Numbered from the whole stretch's first letter, positions 1 to 12,747 are shown. The stretch is DNA of 55,819 nt, filler included, from Platydemus manokwari (GCA_037951405.1; 5 parts of 5 records of this genome joined end to end with filler, not necessarily neighbours in it), one strand, 5' to 3'. A program made the numbers and translations. The notes: generated by a model from the sequence alone, not told the origin.

Positions 1-2
1 AA

Positions 3-57
<55 letters not shown>

Positions 58-58
58 C
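3..58. repeat. (CT)n microsatellite
   Basis: Near-perfect CT dinucleotide run at the window start. Confidence 0.95.
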
Positions 59-2253
59 AGCCTGTGTTTGGTTTATATATTCGTTTCCTTATGTAATCCA
101 GCTTTCCCTGTGAATAGTTTACATTCAGCAACGGACGGAAACTATCAAGGTAAACACTAATCAAGAGAACCTATGCCTACCTGTAGCTAACTGCAGAATT
201 TATTTTTAGCAGCGATAATGTTAAGATAATTATGTTGTTAAATTAACATTATCCAGTTATTGTAAAGAGTTGTTTCCCCTGTTATATATTTAAAGAAGAT
301 GGCTCAAATACCCATATGGAATGTAGTTTTGTCAGATGATGATGTGTGAGATCAAGCTACAGAGAGATGTTCTTTTACATTTGATGTAATAAGGGAAATA
401 TTTGTAACATTATAAGAATGATGATTATATATTATATTTATATTAATTAAATAACATTTCATTTCATTCATATATTGTCGGACTTCGTTTCGGAGTTTTG
501 TTGTGATGCTTAAATTCTAATCTAAACTTCAGTACCCTGAAAATCTGAATTTAAAATATTATAAAAGTGTTACATATCAATGATATTGATCCAGATTTCT
601 CTACAATAAAAAACCTTATAATAGACCTTCGTAACAATATAATTTTCTCAATATAAAATGCCATACATGGTTTCCAAAAATTTCTTTTACCTGAATCTTT
701 CAATAAATTATTTCCAGAGTTACATCTCTCATAAATATTCACAATCCAATTAACGGGATCATGTTTACCACATTTTAGTTAAACTGTTTTGGGAAATTAG
801 TTTTTCTTTTTTCTCCCAAAAATTTCTCATCTAATTAATGGAGTTTTCATTCCCTGAAATTTTATACCAAACACGCCTAATCATGGCTTATAAAACACAT
901 GATTCTTTTAGGATGGTTTTCAATCGATATGTGACTTGTTAATCATGTTATTTTCACTGGATTGGTAATAAACAGAAAAACGAAATGTAATGCAATCGAA
1001 AATTTTTCAGAGATTTTGAATATGAACATGTAAGTTGGGTTTGATTGTAATGAAGAGTACTGATGATGTATTGAAAGAGGTGTTCAATACTATTTTTGTA
1101 TCATTCGAACAATTTATTGTTAATTATGACGATATTGTAATTTACTTGACAACTCCAGCATTGTATATTATTACATAATATATTATTACAATGGTTTTCA
1201 ATCATGGTCTGTCTGTGGAAGATGAACTTCTCGTGTGTGTCTGTCAAAAACACTACCGAATCGTAAAGAGTTGTACAACAAACACTAGGATCAAATTTCC
1301 CACTGCGTTTTTGATACGAATAAATTTAATCTATTCAAGTTTGTACAATTTGGTTTTCATTTCATCAACAATCATGCCCAATACTCTGAACATGAATACT
1401 TTTATTTCATTTTAAAAATTAAATGCTGTTTTGTGCATAAAACAATTAATTTATTGCCCAGTGGTTCCTCTAGCCAGATGAATGTCACTTAATCTTGGAG
1501 TTGTCATTATCGATTAATATAAAAAAATTATTATTATAATTATCGGGTTTAAGTTAAGAAAATGGGTCCTTTGACTTACTTTTGTTATAATGAGTTTTCG
1601 CGCATGAGATAATTTTATAACTTAATTTTATATATAACTGCTATGTTTGATTTATTTGTATAATTAAGTTAACATCTCACATTTTAAGATGTCCAATAGT
1701 GACAAAAACTAAGTTCCATTCTAATCACAACACTTCTATATGATTATTTGAGTTTTTAAATTTAAATTTTTACAATTATAAATCGAGTTAGTTAAACAAA
1801 GACATGTTTAATAATATCATTGGTTATTTTTATAAAATAATTGTAAAAATTGAGATTGTCTCTCAATTCGCTTCTAATGTTAAAAAGGGGTCTTCATTAA
1901 TTTTCAATAAATTGCAATTCGACCTACTTTTTTTCATTTTTTTCAAATAATCAAATTTTCGGAGATTTTTTAAGTTCTAGCCAATTTAATATTTGATTTC
2001 AAACAACTAAAATTCTTCTCAAGTACTTCAATAGAAAATTCAAAATGTTTTTAAAGAATATAATTAAATAAACTATATAGATTTTTGCAATACACTCAGC
2101 AAATTAAAAATTTTATTTTGGGCTCCTTTTTTAATTTAGCCAAAGAAAATAATTTAAAAGATTTTTAAAACAAATAATCATTATCGAATCTTAATCGAAA
2201 CATAAAAATGACACAAAAACAAACCCACATATTAATTATTCATTAAGCACTCC

Positions 2254-2900
2254 ATCAACTTATCAATATTATTGGATAATCGATGATTTAATATCGTTAA
2301 TTGATAACAAATTCATTAGCAGTTCATTAAATCATAAATATTATCTCAATCAAAATAACAATTAATCTTGATCAATTTATAACATAACACCACCACATAT
2401 CAATTCACAAAAATAATTAGAGGTCTTAAAATTTTTTTTTAAAAAAATATAGAATTTCAATTACATACAAAACCCGATCCAATGATATAGATATAAAAAA
2501 TCAAAACCAACTCACCGACATCTTCTGCTGGATTCTTTAAAATACTTTTATGATCTCTACAATCCATTGTTCATATCTAAAATATTACCAAAACGACAAT
2601 TACTGCAGTGCTTCAAAAATTGCAATAATAACAATCGATTAAAAATCATTAAATTATTTAAAATCCAATCAATTATAGATATAATTGTAAAAAATCATTC
2701 GTATCAAAAATAAAAAAAAATTACCTTTTAAAATACGCAATTCAAATAAGCCAATTTCATATATAATGCAATTGATGTATTATAACAACAATAAGGTTTG
2801 CGATTTTGGATTTACAAATCATCCAGTTTACTTTGATATTTAAATATCTGCAAGGGAAATCATGATTTTTCATTCGTTTATGATATTTTGCATTTAAATT
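2254..2900 (-). repeat. Left arm of ~650-bp inverted repeat
   Basis: Reverse complement of 5869-6511, e.g. ATCAACTTATCAATATTATTGGATAATCGATG at 2254 vs CATCGATTATCCAATAATATTGATAAGTTGAT ending at 6511. Scattered substitutions and indels; weaker similarity continues to about 2954/5831. Confidence 0.92.
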
Positions 2901-4979
2901 ATTTCGTGAATTTATATTATCGTTGATGCGTTTTTAGTATTTAATTTTATAATTGTGACGGCTTTTAACCATATTAAATATATTATTTCAAAGTTATTAT
3001 ATAAATATAAAGATTATAATATTAAAATTATTATTTAAATGTAGAGATTATAATGTTGATAAATTTGTAATGAAACTTATATGGTGTTAATTATTGACCA
3101 TAACTACGGCTCACATTTTGAAAAACACAATTAAGAAGTGCAAAGATTTTAATTTATTTAAATACCTTTTGGTTATTATAATGATGTTGAGAAGATTCCC
3201 CGATTTCCAACTTACAAGAACGAATTGAGCTGGACGATGTGGGGAACTGGGATGAAATCATCGGATGCCAGGATAACCCAAAAAATTTGGCAGCGACAAG
3301 AAGACAGAAAGAATCAAGACAAAACCGAAAATTCCCAAAAAAGCAATAATCGGGACATCGAGATGGTGGGAACTCCACAAACGAGTGGATATTGATGAGG
3401 CGTTCAAACACGGATATGTGAAAATAACTTCAACGTTTATGATTCATTTTGAAAAATTTGTGATTTATCCCTATCTCAAATTTTTATCATAAACCCATGT
3501 ATTTCCCATGACCTTCCTTGAGTGTATTAAGGGGAAGTAGTTATTATATACAGAAAGTGAGACTAGGGTCTACCCAATACGAGTATACAAATCACTCGAG
3601 ATGGATGAATAATAAATATCAATGTTTATTACTAGATGTGGGTCATCAGAACCCTGCACAGCTAATAAAACAATGACAGTGCCAAAAAATGATAACAATA
3701 ATAATAATAATATTTTCATTATCATGATATTGATTATATTCCAAAACTAGCAGATAACATTTTATTGAAAAACAAATTAACATTTGCAAAAGAAATTAAT
3801 GTTTAAAGAGTCGAGAAAATACAAAATTTTAATCATCAATAATTATTAAATCTAGTGGATTGGATAATAAATTCATGGAGATTTTCACGGTGAAATATAT
3901 TACTAACAGTAGCTTGCCATTTCATTTATTCGATTCCTTATTTAATAAATCTAACAGTTTTTCGTCGATCAATTAATTCAATTTCTAATTTCGGTGGAAC
4001 CATTGTTGCTACTGTACGGGATTAGTTTTAAATAATCACATATAAACACGGAATTTGTTGCGTTTCTAAAATCAGCTCTCCCAAGTCAATAATATACATC
4101 TTTAGGGCATTGTTATTGGTATTATTATGATCTCATTAATTTGATTTGTTAATGGTCAGATTTTTGATGGAATCATAAAATATCTGCTGTAACTTCTCAT
4201 ATTAATTTATGGAATAATTAATAGATAGATTATTATAATCTATTATTGATTTATTCACAAAATAAAGTACAAAAGCATTTCTTCAATTCATTATTTTACT
4301 ATATTAATTTTCTCATTCATTTCTTGAATTTAATTTTAAATATTTTTAATAAATTCATAATAATTATTATTAGTTTTTCATCTTAACCGGACTTGGCTGA
4401 CATTAACTATGTTGATATCGATTGTAGCATTATCCGTTTTGGTTTGTATTTAAGTCTATTAACAATAAAAAATTACCCGATGGTGGATGATATTTTAGTA
4501 AATGGTAATCAAACTCAATTATATATCTAATTAAAAGAACGACAACATAGGAATTTCTGTAAAAACAATCCACACATACTTGTATTCTGTATTTGGGAAA
4601 AGATCAAAATAAATTTTGTTGAGAAATAAAATAGTATATTAAATGATAATTTGTTTTATACCATTATTGATTTTATTGAATTGAAAACGGTTTAGAAAAT
4701 TCAATCTTAAAGTATATTGAGACAAAATATTCAAACAATTTATTTAAACATAAAATGGTGTTTATAAAATTTTAAAAATGAAAATTGTCTCAGTGATGAA
4801 GTTCATTCTTAGAACTCTGTGATCTGAGAGTTATTGGAATGTTGATAACATTATGTATATAATAACTAAAAATGTCTATAAATATCCAGTTCCATACTTG
4901 GGTTAATTTGAGGTTAATTATTTTGCATATGTTTTCAAATAAGGATAATGATCAAATGACATTCTTTTATATAATTTCT

Positions 4980-5543
4980 TTAGAAAGCTTCATATGGTGG
5001 AGGGTGTCGTAATTCACCAATTTTATGCATTTCTTGTGAATTTGAAGATTCTTTACAAAACTCGTTTTGATTTTTCAATTGAATGTTGCTTTCAATACTA
5101 GTGCTCATCGATTGACAAGATGTTATCCCGGTTTCTCCAGCAATTCTGATTTTATCTTGCCGTACCCATTCAATTGATGTGATGATGAAATTACTCACTG
5201 ATTGAGACAACCCGATACACATAAATACCTGTTTCGTAATATAAACACTGACATTGAAGCTTAACTTTGATTTTTTCTCCGATTCAAGTACCAGAGCAGT
5301 TACCAGTGATGAAAAAAGTATGAGATCCAGAAACAAGCATGATATCAATGGTCGAAATGTATCCATTGCTGTTGAAATAAATAATATTGTTGCTATGACA
5401 ATCGCTAATGAACCACTTGCGAAAAGAATGAAATATATTTCATTGTTCAGAGACATGTCAATTATCTCTAAGGTTATTAGACAAACCCCAACACTTATCA
5501 ATATTCCACCAATAATGCAATAATTCACTTTATAGAGTATCAT
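4980..5543 (-). CDS. Intronless 187-aa membrane protein, 3-4 hydrophobic helices plus C-terminal PPPY (PY) motif
   Basis: Uninterrupted ATG-TAA ORF, long for this base composition. Hydrophobic segments in aa 1-125, polar tail ending RHPPPYEAF. Family not recognised. Confidence 0.65.
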   Translation of the reverse strand: MILYKVNYCIIGGILISVGVCLITLEIIDMSLNNEIYFILFASGSLAIVIATILFISTAMDTFRPLISCLFLDLILFSSLVTALVLESEKKSKLSFNVSVYITKQVFMCIGLSQSVSNFIITSIEWVRQDKIRIAGETGITSCQSMSTSIESNIQLKNQNEFCKESSNSQEMHKIGELRHPPPYEAF

Positions 5544-5868
5544 AGTGCCGGTTTACAAAATGAGAAAATATGAATATGGATTGAACTTATCTACTTTGCG
5601 TTTTATTTATATCATTTGTTGACGTTTCTATTTCAATCTTTTATGTCACATTTTGGAACTTAAGCACTTCTAAATAACAATAACAAAATCAATAACTTGG
5701 CAATGAAAGCAGAATTTATAGTGATTCTAAAAGTCAAACAAATTGACCGGACGTAAAGTCCTGAATTGAATGGAATGGCATCATTTGGTTGGCGTTGATT
5801 ATTTTGATAATTAATACAAACTCTTAATAAAATTATACATTAAAAATATTAAAAATGTATCAATGCTG

Positions 5869-6511
5869 TAATTTGAATGTAAAATATTATGAAACGAATG
5901 AAAAATCATGATTTTTTAAATATCTGATTAAAAAGAAAAATTAAACTGGATGATTTGTAAATCAAACCTTATTGTTGTTATAATACATCAATCTCAATAT
6001 ATGTGAAATTAGTTTTTTTGAATTGTAAATTTTTATAAGTCATTTTTGTTAGTTTTGATATGAATGATTTTTTACAATTATATCTATAATTGATTGGATT
6101 TGAAACAATTTAATGATTCTTAATCGATTGTTATTATTGCAATTTTTCGAAGCACTGCAGTGATTGTCGTTTTGGTAATATTTTAGATATGAACAATGAA
6201 TTGTAGAGATCATAAAAGTATTTTAAAGAATCCAGCAGAAGATGTCAGTGAGTTGGTTTTGATTTTTTATATCTTTATCATTGCACCGGGTTTTGTATGA
6301 AATTGAAATATTATACTGATTTTTAAATTTTATTTACGAGCTCTAATTATTTTTGCGAATTGATATCTGGTTGGTGTTATGTTATAAATTGATCAAGATT
6401 TTATTGTTAGTTTTATTGAGATAATATTAATGATGTATTGAACTGCTAATGAATTTGTTATCAATTAACGATATTAAATCATCGATTATCCAATAATATT
6501 GATAAGTTGAT
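5869..6511 (+). repeat. Right arm of ~650-bp inverted repeat
   Basis: Reverse complement of 2254-2900. Contains ATG...GAT GTC A|GTGAGT (6196-6247), a possible first coding exon also present in the left arm (2567-2516). Confidence 0.92.
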
Positions 6512-6939
6512 CATAATAATTGATCTCTCTCAGAAAATGATCGGGATCTAGGTTTTATTTTACCATTTTATATTTGTTCACAATTTGGTGCCAGTGATGA
6601 TAGTGTGGTTCTGATACTTTGAAAACAGAGACTTGTTATATATAAATCAATATTATTACTCAGTATAATATCAAAATTGCTTATCTTATATAATTTTATT
6701 TATTGTTAAGTTTCTATTTATCTTTTTATCTTTGAGAATTCAAAACTTGATTTATTATCAATATGATTGTTATTATTATTAATAATAATATTATCAATAT
6801 TATTATTATTATTACCTTTATTATTAATATTATTATTATGTTCAAATAAAACCATGATATAATTACTTTGAGATGATAATTTAAAGATATTATTATTAAT
6901 TAATTAATTAATTACCAAAGATTTCGATTATCTTTCGAT

Positions 6940-7449
6940 TACGAGCGAGATATGTGTCAGTTACCCGAATTCAATACACATGACACCGCCGATAAGATCA
7001 ATATCGAGTTCTCATAGGACTGATAATTTCATGACACGCTAGAATATTAGCTGTCGACGGCATACTTCAAAGCAGCAATTACCGCAACACTGGTTATTTC
7101 AAATTTTATCAAGTTTAGAAACGTCATTATTGATTTGGTGAAAGATTTGTGAGATAATCAAATCAAGATATTGCATTTTTCACTTGACTAATTTGTAACT
7201 TATTCTCGTTATTTTACAACAGATATTGCTTTTATTTGAAAGGATTATGTAGACATTGTGTGATAGTATCTTCAAAATCATCACCATAACTATGAATTTA
7301 GTATTAAACAATGCACTAGTAAACTGAAGATCAATCCAGAAACTAGAGTCACTTCTTAACTTTTTTGGCGAAGATTATTTCAGGTCCTTGTAATTTATTG
7401 ATTGTTCTATAATTCAATCAACATATCCGGACGAATATTTATGAATATT

Positions 7450-7484
<35 letters not shown>

Positions 7485-7937
7485 CGAGGAAAATGTCCTT
7501 TTGATGGAAGAGAACCAGTCGATATCGTATTGTGTGATTCCGAAGACATCCAGACTGTTTCGAACTATCTGATCAACCACTGTCATTTAATCAGTTGCCA
7601 AATTGTTCGAAATCTCGTCAGAACCATTATAGAGTTGATTTCTAAATTATTAGATATAAAAGTGTTTATTCCATCTCTAAAAGCTATGATGGATGAAATA
7701 GTGAAATGTAAATGTGAAAACAAAAGAAAAGTATTAAAGAAAAGATTGAATGATAAATTTATGCAAGCTATCAAAGTCAATTATTTTAAAAATGATAATT
7801 TGGCATTTTCATTAATCGTTATTGAAAGTGTAAGGCCTTTAATGATTCCGAAATTGTTTTTGATAGAAATAACCAATTTATCAGTTACCTATCTTCTATC
7901 AAAAGAGCGCGTTCCTTGGTGTAATATAATTAATTAA
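6940..7937 (+). pseudogene. Decayed intronless ORF of unknown family
   Basis: A frame with sparse stops (ERDMCQLPEF...STAYFKAAITATLVISNFIKFRNVIIDLVKD...) runs to a (CA)n(TA)n microsatellite at about 7450-7484, after which the 135-aa ORF 7530-7937 follows. Confidence 0.4.
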
Positions 7938-7949
7938 ATATATTCCTTC

Positions 7950-8303
7950 CATACGTTGTGTTCGATTTTAGAAAACTTGCTATTTATGAAGATAATATTT
8001 ATAGACTTTGAGAGGTCTTGGCATTAGATTCAAACATGATAGCCATGTCCATTTAGCCGGGTTTTTGACATATACTCGAAATACGTGAACATGTCTAATT
8101 GATATGTTACAAGGCTTTTGATATTTCCCCCATTTTCATTATATAGAGCGACTTCAGATATATTGAATCAATGACATGGACAACGCACATCTTGCATCAT
8201 CACAATTTGCTTATGCAGTAATTACAAAACTCCATATTGCAGCATTTGAAACTTATAAACATCACCAAGTGCAAGATGAAAATTGCATGTTATACAGATT
8301 ACG
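7950..8303 (-). pseudogene. RING-finger family copy A (frameshifted)
   Basis: Manual translation: VICITC...KCCNMEFCNYCI...QDVRCPCH...VTYQLDMFTYFEY...WTWLSCLNLMPRPL, with frameshifts and stops. Confidence 0.7.
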
Positions 8304-8670
8304 TTACCCAATTACTTACTTTCAAAAACGTGTTCCCATTTATCATAGCATTGTTTGTAGAATTTGACAGGCCTTGACATTAAACCCAAACATGGTGGCC
8401 ACGTCTCTTTAATTGAACTGGAAATATGTTTAAAATCCGTTAACATTTCTAATTGATACGATTTTAGATTTAGTTATGTGTTCCAAATTTATGGTATGTT
8501 ACTATTTCTGACACATGGACTTTATGGACTGGATAAAGCAGATCTTACATTGGTGCAATGCTGCTTAAGCACGGCTTACAGAAATGGCAGTTGTAGGGTC
8601 TTAGACTTATATGACTTTCAATTGAAAGACCTTCGCAACATATACATATTCTTTCATTATTATCATTTGA
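8304..8670 (-). pseudogene. RING-finger family copy B
   Basis: ERICICCE...LRPYNCHFCKPCL...M*DLLYPVH...YQLEMLTDFKHISSSIKETWPPCLGLMSRP; aligns with copies A and C. Confidence 0.7.
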
Positions 8671-8790
8671 TTTTATTTTATAATATCTAAATTTCTATAC
8701 AAAGAATATTATCTAATAATATTTACTATATTTATAATATATAAAATTATATATTAATAATATTATCCATTAATATTAAATTTAAAATTT

Positions 8791-8921
8791 TAAATTTATG
8801 AATATATGATAACAAAAGTTAGCTAAATTGTGTTATTTTGTAGCTTAACATCTGTTAGAAACAATTATTAATTACTTGTCGGATGACTTGAGATAATTTA
8901 ATATTTTTATTACTTTGATTA
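8791..8921. repeat. ~130-bp dispersed repeat (3' end of RING-family unit)
   Basis: Recurs at 9442-9572, about 11791-11907 and partially at 10373-10405. Confidence 0.85.
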
Positions 8922-9053
8922 AAATTAAATAATAGTTATTCGCCAAAATATGTCAATAATAAATGTTCGGACAAATGTATTATCGATTTTCGACTGATAT
9001 GAAAACAATATTAAAAAGAAAATTAATAAATTTTCTATTCAATAATTTTTCAA

Positions 9054-9432
9054 CTAATTATTCCACTCTTCTTCAAGAATGGAAACCTCCTTCTGTAAAT
9101 CATCAAATTCCTCTTCAGTGAAGCATGCATTGATCAACTGCTTTCTTTTAAATATTGTTTCCCATTTATAATGATAATATTTATAGATCTCGAGAGGCCC
9201 TAACATTAAATTTAAACATGATGACCATGTCATTTTAGCTGATTTTGACACATATTCGAAATCCATCAGCGTTTCTCATTGAAATGTTACAACACTTTTG
9301 ATATTTGCTCCATTTTCATCGTGTGTAATGAATTGTGATATATCGAATTGATGGCATGGGCAACGCACATCTTCCGTCATCATAATTTCGATTATGCAAG
9401 TCTTGCATAAATAGTTATTGCAATTGTTGAAA
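9054..9432 (-). pseudogene. RING-finger family copy C (5'-truncated, internal TGA)
   Basis: FNNCNNYLCKTCIIEIMMTEDVRCPCHQFDISQ...VVTFQ*ETL, in frame with ORF 9054-9266 (MDFEYVSKSAKMTWSSCLNLMLGP...). Stop at 9276-9278. Confidence 0.75.
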
Positions 9433-9519
9433 CTTAAAATATAAATTTATGAATTTATGATAATAATAGTTAGCTAAAATGTGGTGTTTTGTAGCTTAAC
9501 ATTTGTGAGGAACAATCAT

Positions 9520-10228
9520 TAATTACTTGTCGGATGACTTGAGATAATTTAATATTTTTATTACTTTGATTATCTGATCGCCTTCCTTAATAAATGATTG
9601 ATATGAGCGAAATAGTTCTCTATAATCCTTCACTTTTCCAATCACCAACACGATGAATTGTTGGGAAATTTCCTATTATACTTGGATATCGTTGTTAATA
9701 TTTCGAGTGTACAGCTTGCCATAAAAAGATTTGATACATTTATCATTTTTAAAAGGTCGTGTTATATGAATACCTGTGAGCTAAATGATGGTTGTTCATT
9801 GTTACTACGAATCAAATTTTCAACGAATCGCAAATAAATAATTGTATTATCATTGATATGCGACACTAGGAGAAGGTCGTTAACATCTTCCTCTAAAGCA
9901 CAAAATTACATTTCAGTGAGATGTACATTGCCAATTACTTACTTTCAAAAACGTGTTCCTATTTATCATAGCATTGTTTGTAGAATTTGCCAGGCCTTGA
10001 CATTAAACCCAAACAGGGTGGCTACGTCTCTTTAATTGAACTGGAAATATGTTTAAAATCCGTTAACATTTCTAATTGATACGACTTTAGATTTAGTTAT
10101 GTGTTCCAAATTTATGGTATGTTACTATTTCTGACACATGGACTTTATGGGCTGGATAAAGCAGATCTTACATTGGTGCAATGCTGCTTAAGCACGGCTT
10201 ACAGAAATGGCAGTTGTAGGGTCTTAGA
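9520..10228 (-). pseudogene. RING-finger family copy D with long C-terminal region
   Basis: 9931-10228 is a near-identical direct repeat of 8308-8605. The frame continues (GNVHLTEM*FCALEEDVNDLL...) to ...ILNYLKSSDK* after frameshifts. 5' end lost in the N gap. Confidence 0.65.
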
Positions 10229-10328
10229 NNNNNNNNNNNNNNNNNNNNNNNNNNNNNNNNNNNNNNNNNNNNNNNNNNNNNNNNNNNNNNNNNNNNNNNN
10301 NNNNNNNNNNNNNNNNNNNNNNNNNNNN
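10229..10328. other. Scaffold gap (100 N)
   Basis: N run. Confidence 0.99.
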
Positions 10329-10489
10329 AAGTCTTGCATAAATAGTTATTGCAATTGTTGAAACTTAAAATATAAATTTATGAATTTATGATAATAATAG
10401 TTAGCATTGATCAACTGCTTTCTTTAAATATTTTTTCCCATTTATAATGATAATATTTATAGATCTCGAGAGGCCTTAACATTAAGTTT

Positions 10490-10812
10490 AATTATATTTC
10501 GATCGATTGGCGATACAATTTCCGTTGATGTATATAGATTAATATAGATTTAATTATTACACCAATAATCTTCAGCCTAATTAAACAGGCTATTTTCTAT
10601 CAAGAAGTCAATTTTGAAATTTTGTATAGTTTTCGAAGCATCACCATGTTTCAATGTATTAAACATATATCGATCTAATGAGCAACGCTATATATCTTCC
10701 CATAGGATTACATTAATGTACTTTGATCAGAATTTGTGATTAGAGGCCAATGTGACGAAATCTGTAGATTCAGACGAATCGTAACAAATCTCACAAAAGA
10801 TTTCGTCAACAT
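10490..10812 (-). pseudogene. Divergent RING-finger pseudogene copy F
   Basis: VDEIFCEICYDSSESTDFVTLASNHKF*SKYINVILWEDI*RCSLDRY: C3HC4-type spacing with several Cys codons mutated and a C-x2-D last pair. Confidence 0.7.
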
Positions 10813-11609
10813 AATTATTAAATACTATATTTATTATTTAATCAATTGATTTATTTAAAAAATATTAATTTTAATTTATTGAACAATAAATGAAAAAAGA
10901 ATTTTAAATAAATTAAATATTCATCATCTATAAATGCTATTGTTATGTTATTATATAATATTCATTAATTAATATATTTAAATTACTTTAAAAATTAATT
11001 AAAATATTTAAAATTAACTTTTTCAAAATTAATTTAAATATTTCAAAAATTAAAACAATTATAGAAAAATTAAAGTAAATGTTACTTTAGTCTCGTTGCA
11101 GAAATTTCTCTCCTCTTTGTTTCTTTCTGGTTCTTGTGCTTCTAGGCGGAAGATTATATGAAAATTCCAAGTAAGGGGTAGTTGAAACAATAACTTCTGT
11201 GTGGATTTTCAAACTTGATGTCTCTAAACGTGTAGAATTGGTAAATTAGTTCTAGATGCAATAAAATCGATACGTAATTGTGCTTCTTAACACCAAATAA
11301 CTTCCGAGCTTATTATCGAATAAGTATGGTCGCATTTTATGCGTCATTCTTGTCTTTGTATGAATTTTTTGATTTATTGGGTCTTTCGTAAACTTTGTAA
11401 TGCTTATATCATTTTTAGTATCCCACACTTTTTTATTCTATTTATGTATTTATTAATACATCGTTTATTATCTGGTTATTACTTAATCTTTTTGTGAATA
11501 AGGACAAAATTTTTTTAATCATATTTTTAAAGTCATAATGAGTCATATTGTCTGATCTAATCTTGTTGATGAATTAGATCCAAAATTTGCTACACATTTC
11601 ATACATCCT

Positions 11610-11775
11610 CCGATAGCAAATCATCAAAATAATCTTCAGGTGAATCATGTATTGTTCAACTGCTTACTTTTAAATATTTTTTCCCATTTTCGATGATAAT
11701 GTATATAGACTTCGAGAGGTCTTGACATTAGATTCAAACATGATAGCCATGTCGCTTTAGCACTGTTTTGTCATA
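11610..11775 (-). pseudogene. RING-family C-terminal fragment copy G
   Basis: SAKATWLSCLNLMSRPLEVYIHYHRKWEKIFKSKQLNN matches copies A and C. A further short piece lies at 10404-10480. Confidence 0.7.
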
Positions 11776-12669
11776 TATATTTTTTTAATTTTGAATTTAT
11801 TATAACAAATCGTTAGCTAAAAAGCAGTATTTTATAGCTTTATATCTATTATGAAAAATCATTAATTAATTATTGGATGACTCGAGTTAATTTAATATTT
11901 TTTACTTGGGCTATCTTAAAATTTTTAATTTAACTCTTTAATTTGGTTGTTTTGGATTTACAGTTGCTTTCCACTATTTTGTTCGCGATTCGATCTATAG
12001 TATCTCCTTTGTCAATAAATTTACTTCTTCCGTATTAATATATACTATATTAATATTATTGTACGGTAATTTCAATGAAATCTTTTATTATCTTACAAAT
12101 GATGAGTTTTATAAGCATTTCTATGACGTGTTTACCTTTTTTTCATACCTTGTTGAAATTCCTTTAATGGAAATTTTAATGACAAACATTGTTCTTCATT
12201 TATTGAGTAGTTTTTCTAGATTAAAATAATTAATTTGCATTTGATTTGACAATATCTTATTGATTGTTATCTTATTGTCCTAATACTGCTTCTAGAGCAG
12301 TATTCCTTGCGTAAATAATTTCGACATAACTATGTACTTTAAAATTGTATTTAAAATCTTCGACAGTTTTTCTCCATGTTATAATTTGATATTACTTTCT
12401 CCTTTGACATTTTCTCTTACGATAAATTGTTTGATTCATATTTTCTTTCTTTCTATATTTTTTTCTTATATTCTTTTTATATTATATAAAGGAACTACTT
12501 GAGAATAACTATCGTATCATTTAATAAATGTTTTTTAATTTATTATAGTTGGATATGCGAAATTGTATTTGTAGATAAGTTTCTATTTCTTTTCACGATA
12601 TTCATTTTCCAAAAAGGTTACCTTTTCTTGATATGACCATTTATGGTTTCATTTTAAATCTTGCTTTAA

Positions 12670-12747
12670 TTAGTTTGTTAATACTGTGTTCATAAGCCTT
12701 TGGAAAGTAGTGGGTGCTCTTGTCAACAGAAACGGCATGTCAATAAA
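12670..12747 (-). mobile_element. Ty3/gypsy reverse transcriptase fragment
   Basis: Translates FIDMPFLLTRAPTTFQRLMNTVLTN, matching the MPFGLxxAPxTFQRxMxxVL motif. Confidence 0.8.

Noticed and set aside
61-1030. Exon-like blocks on either strand near the window start
   Set aside because: Plausible splice sites, but I could not join them in phase without stops or recognise a protein.
7324-7352. Hammerhead-like CTGAAGA...GAAACTAGAGTC
   Set aside because: No credible stem I or stem II; lies inside a decayed ORF.
7950-11775. Alternative genetic code or RIP-like mutation, since TAA often aligns with Gln and TAG with Trp
   Set aside because: PEPCK and MLF use TAA as a normal stop and the copies also carry frameshifts. 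Stop gain and Cys loss are inherently enriched for CA/TG transitions, so the pattern is not evidence without a proper substitution count.
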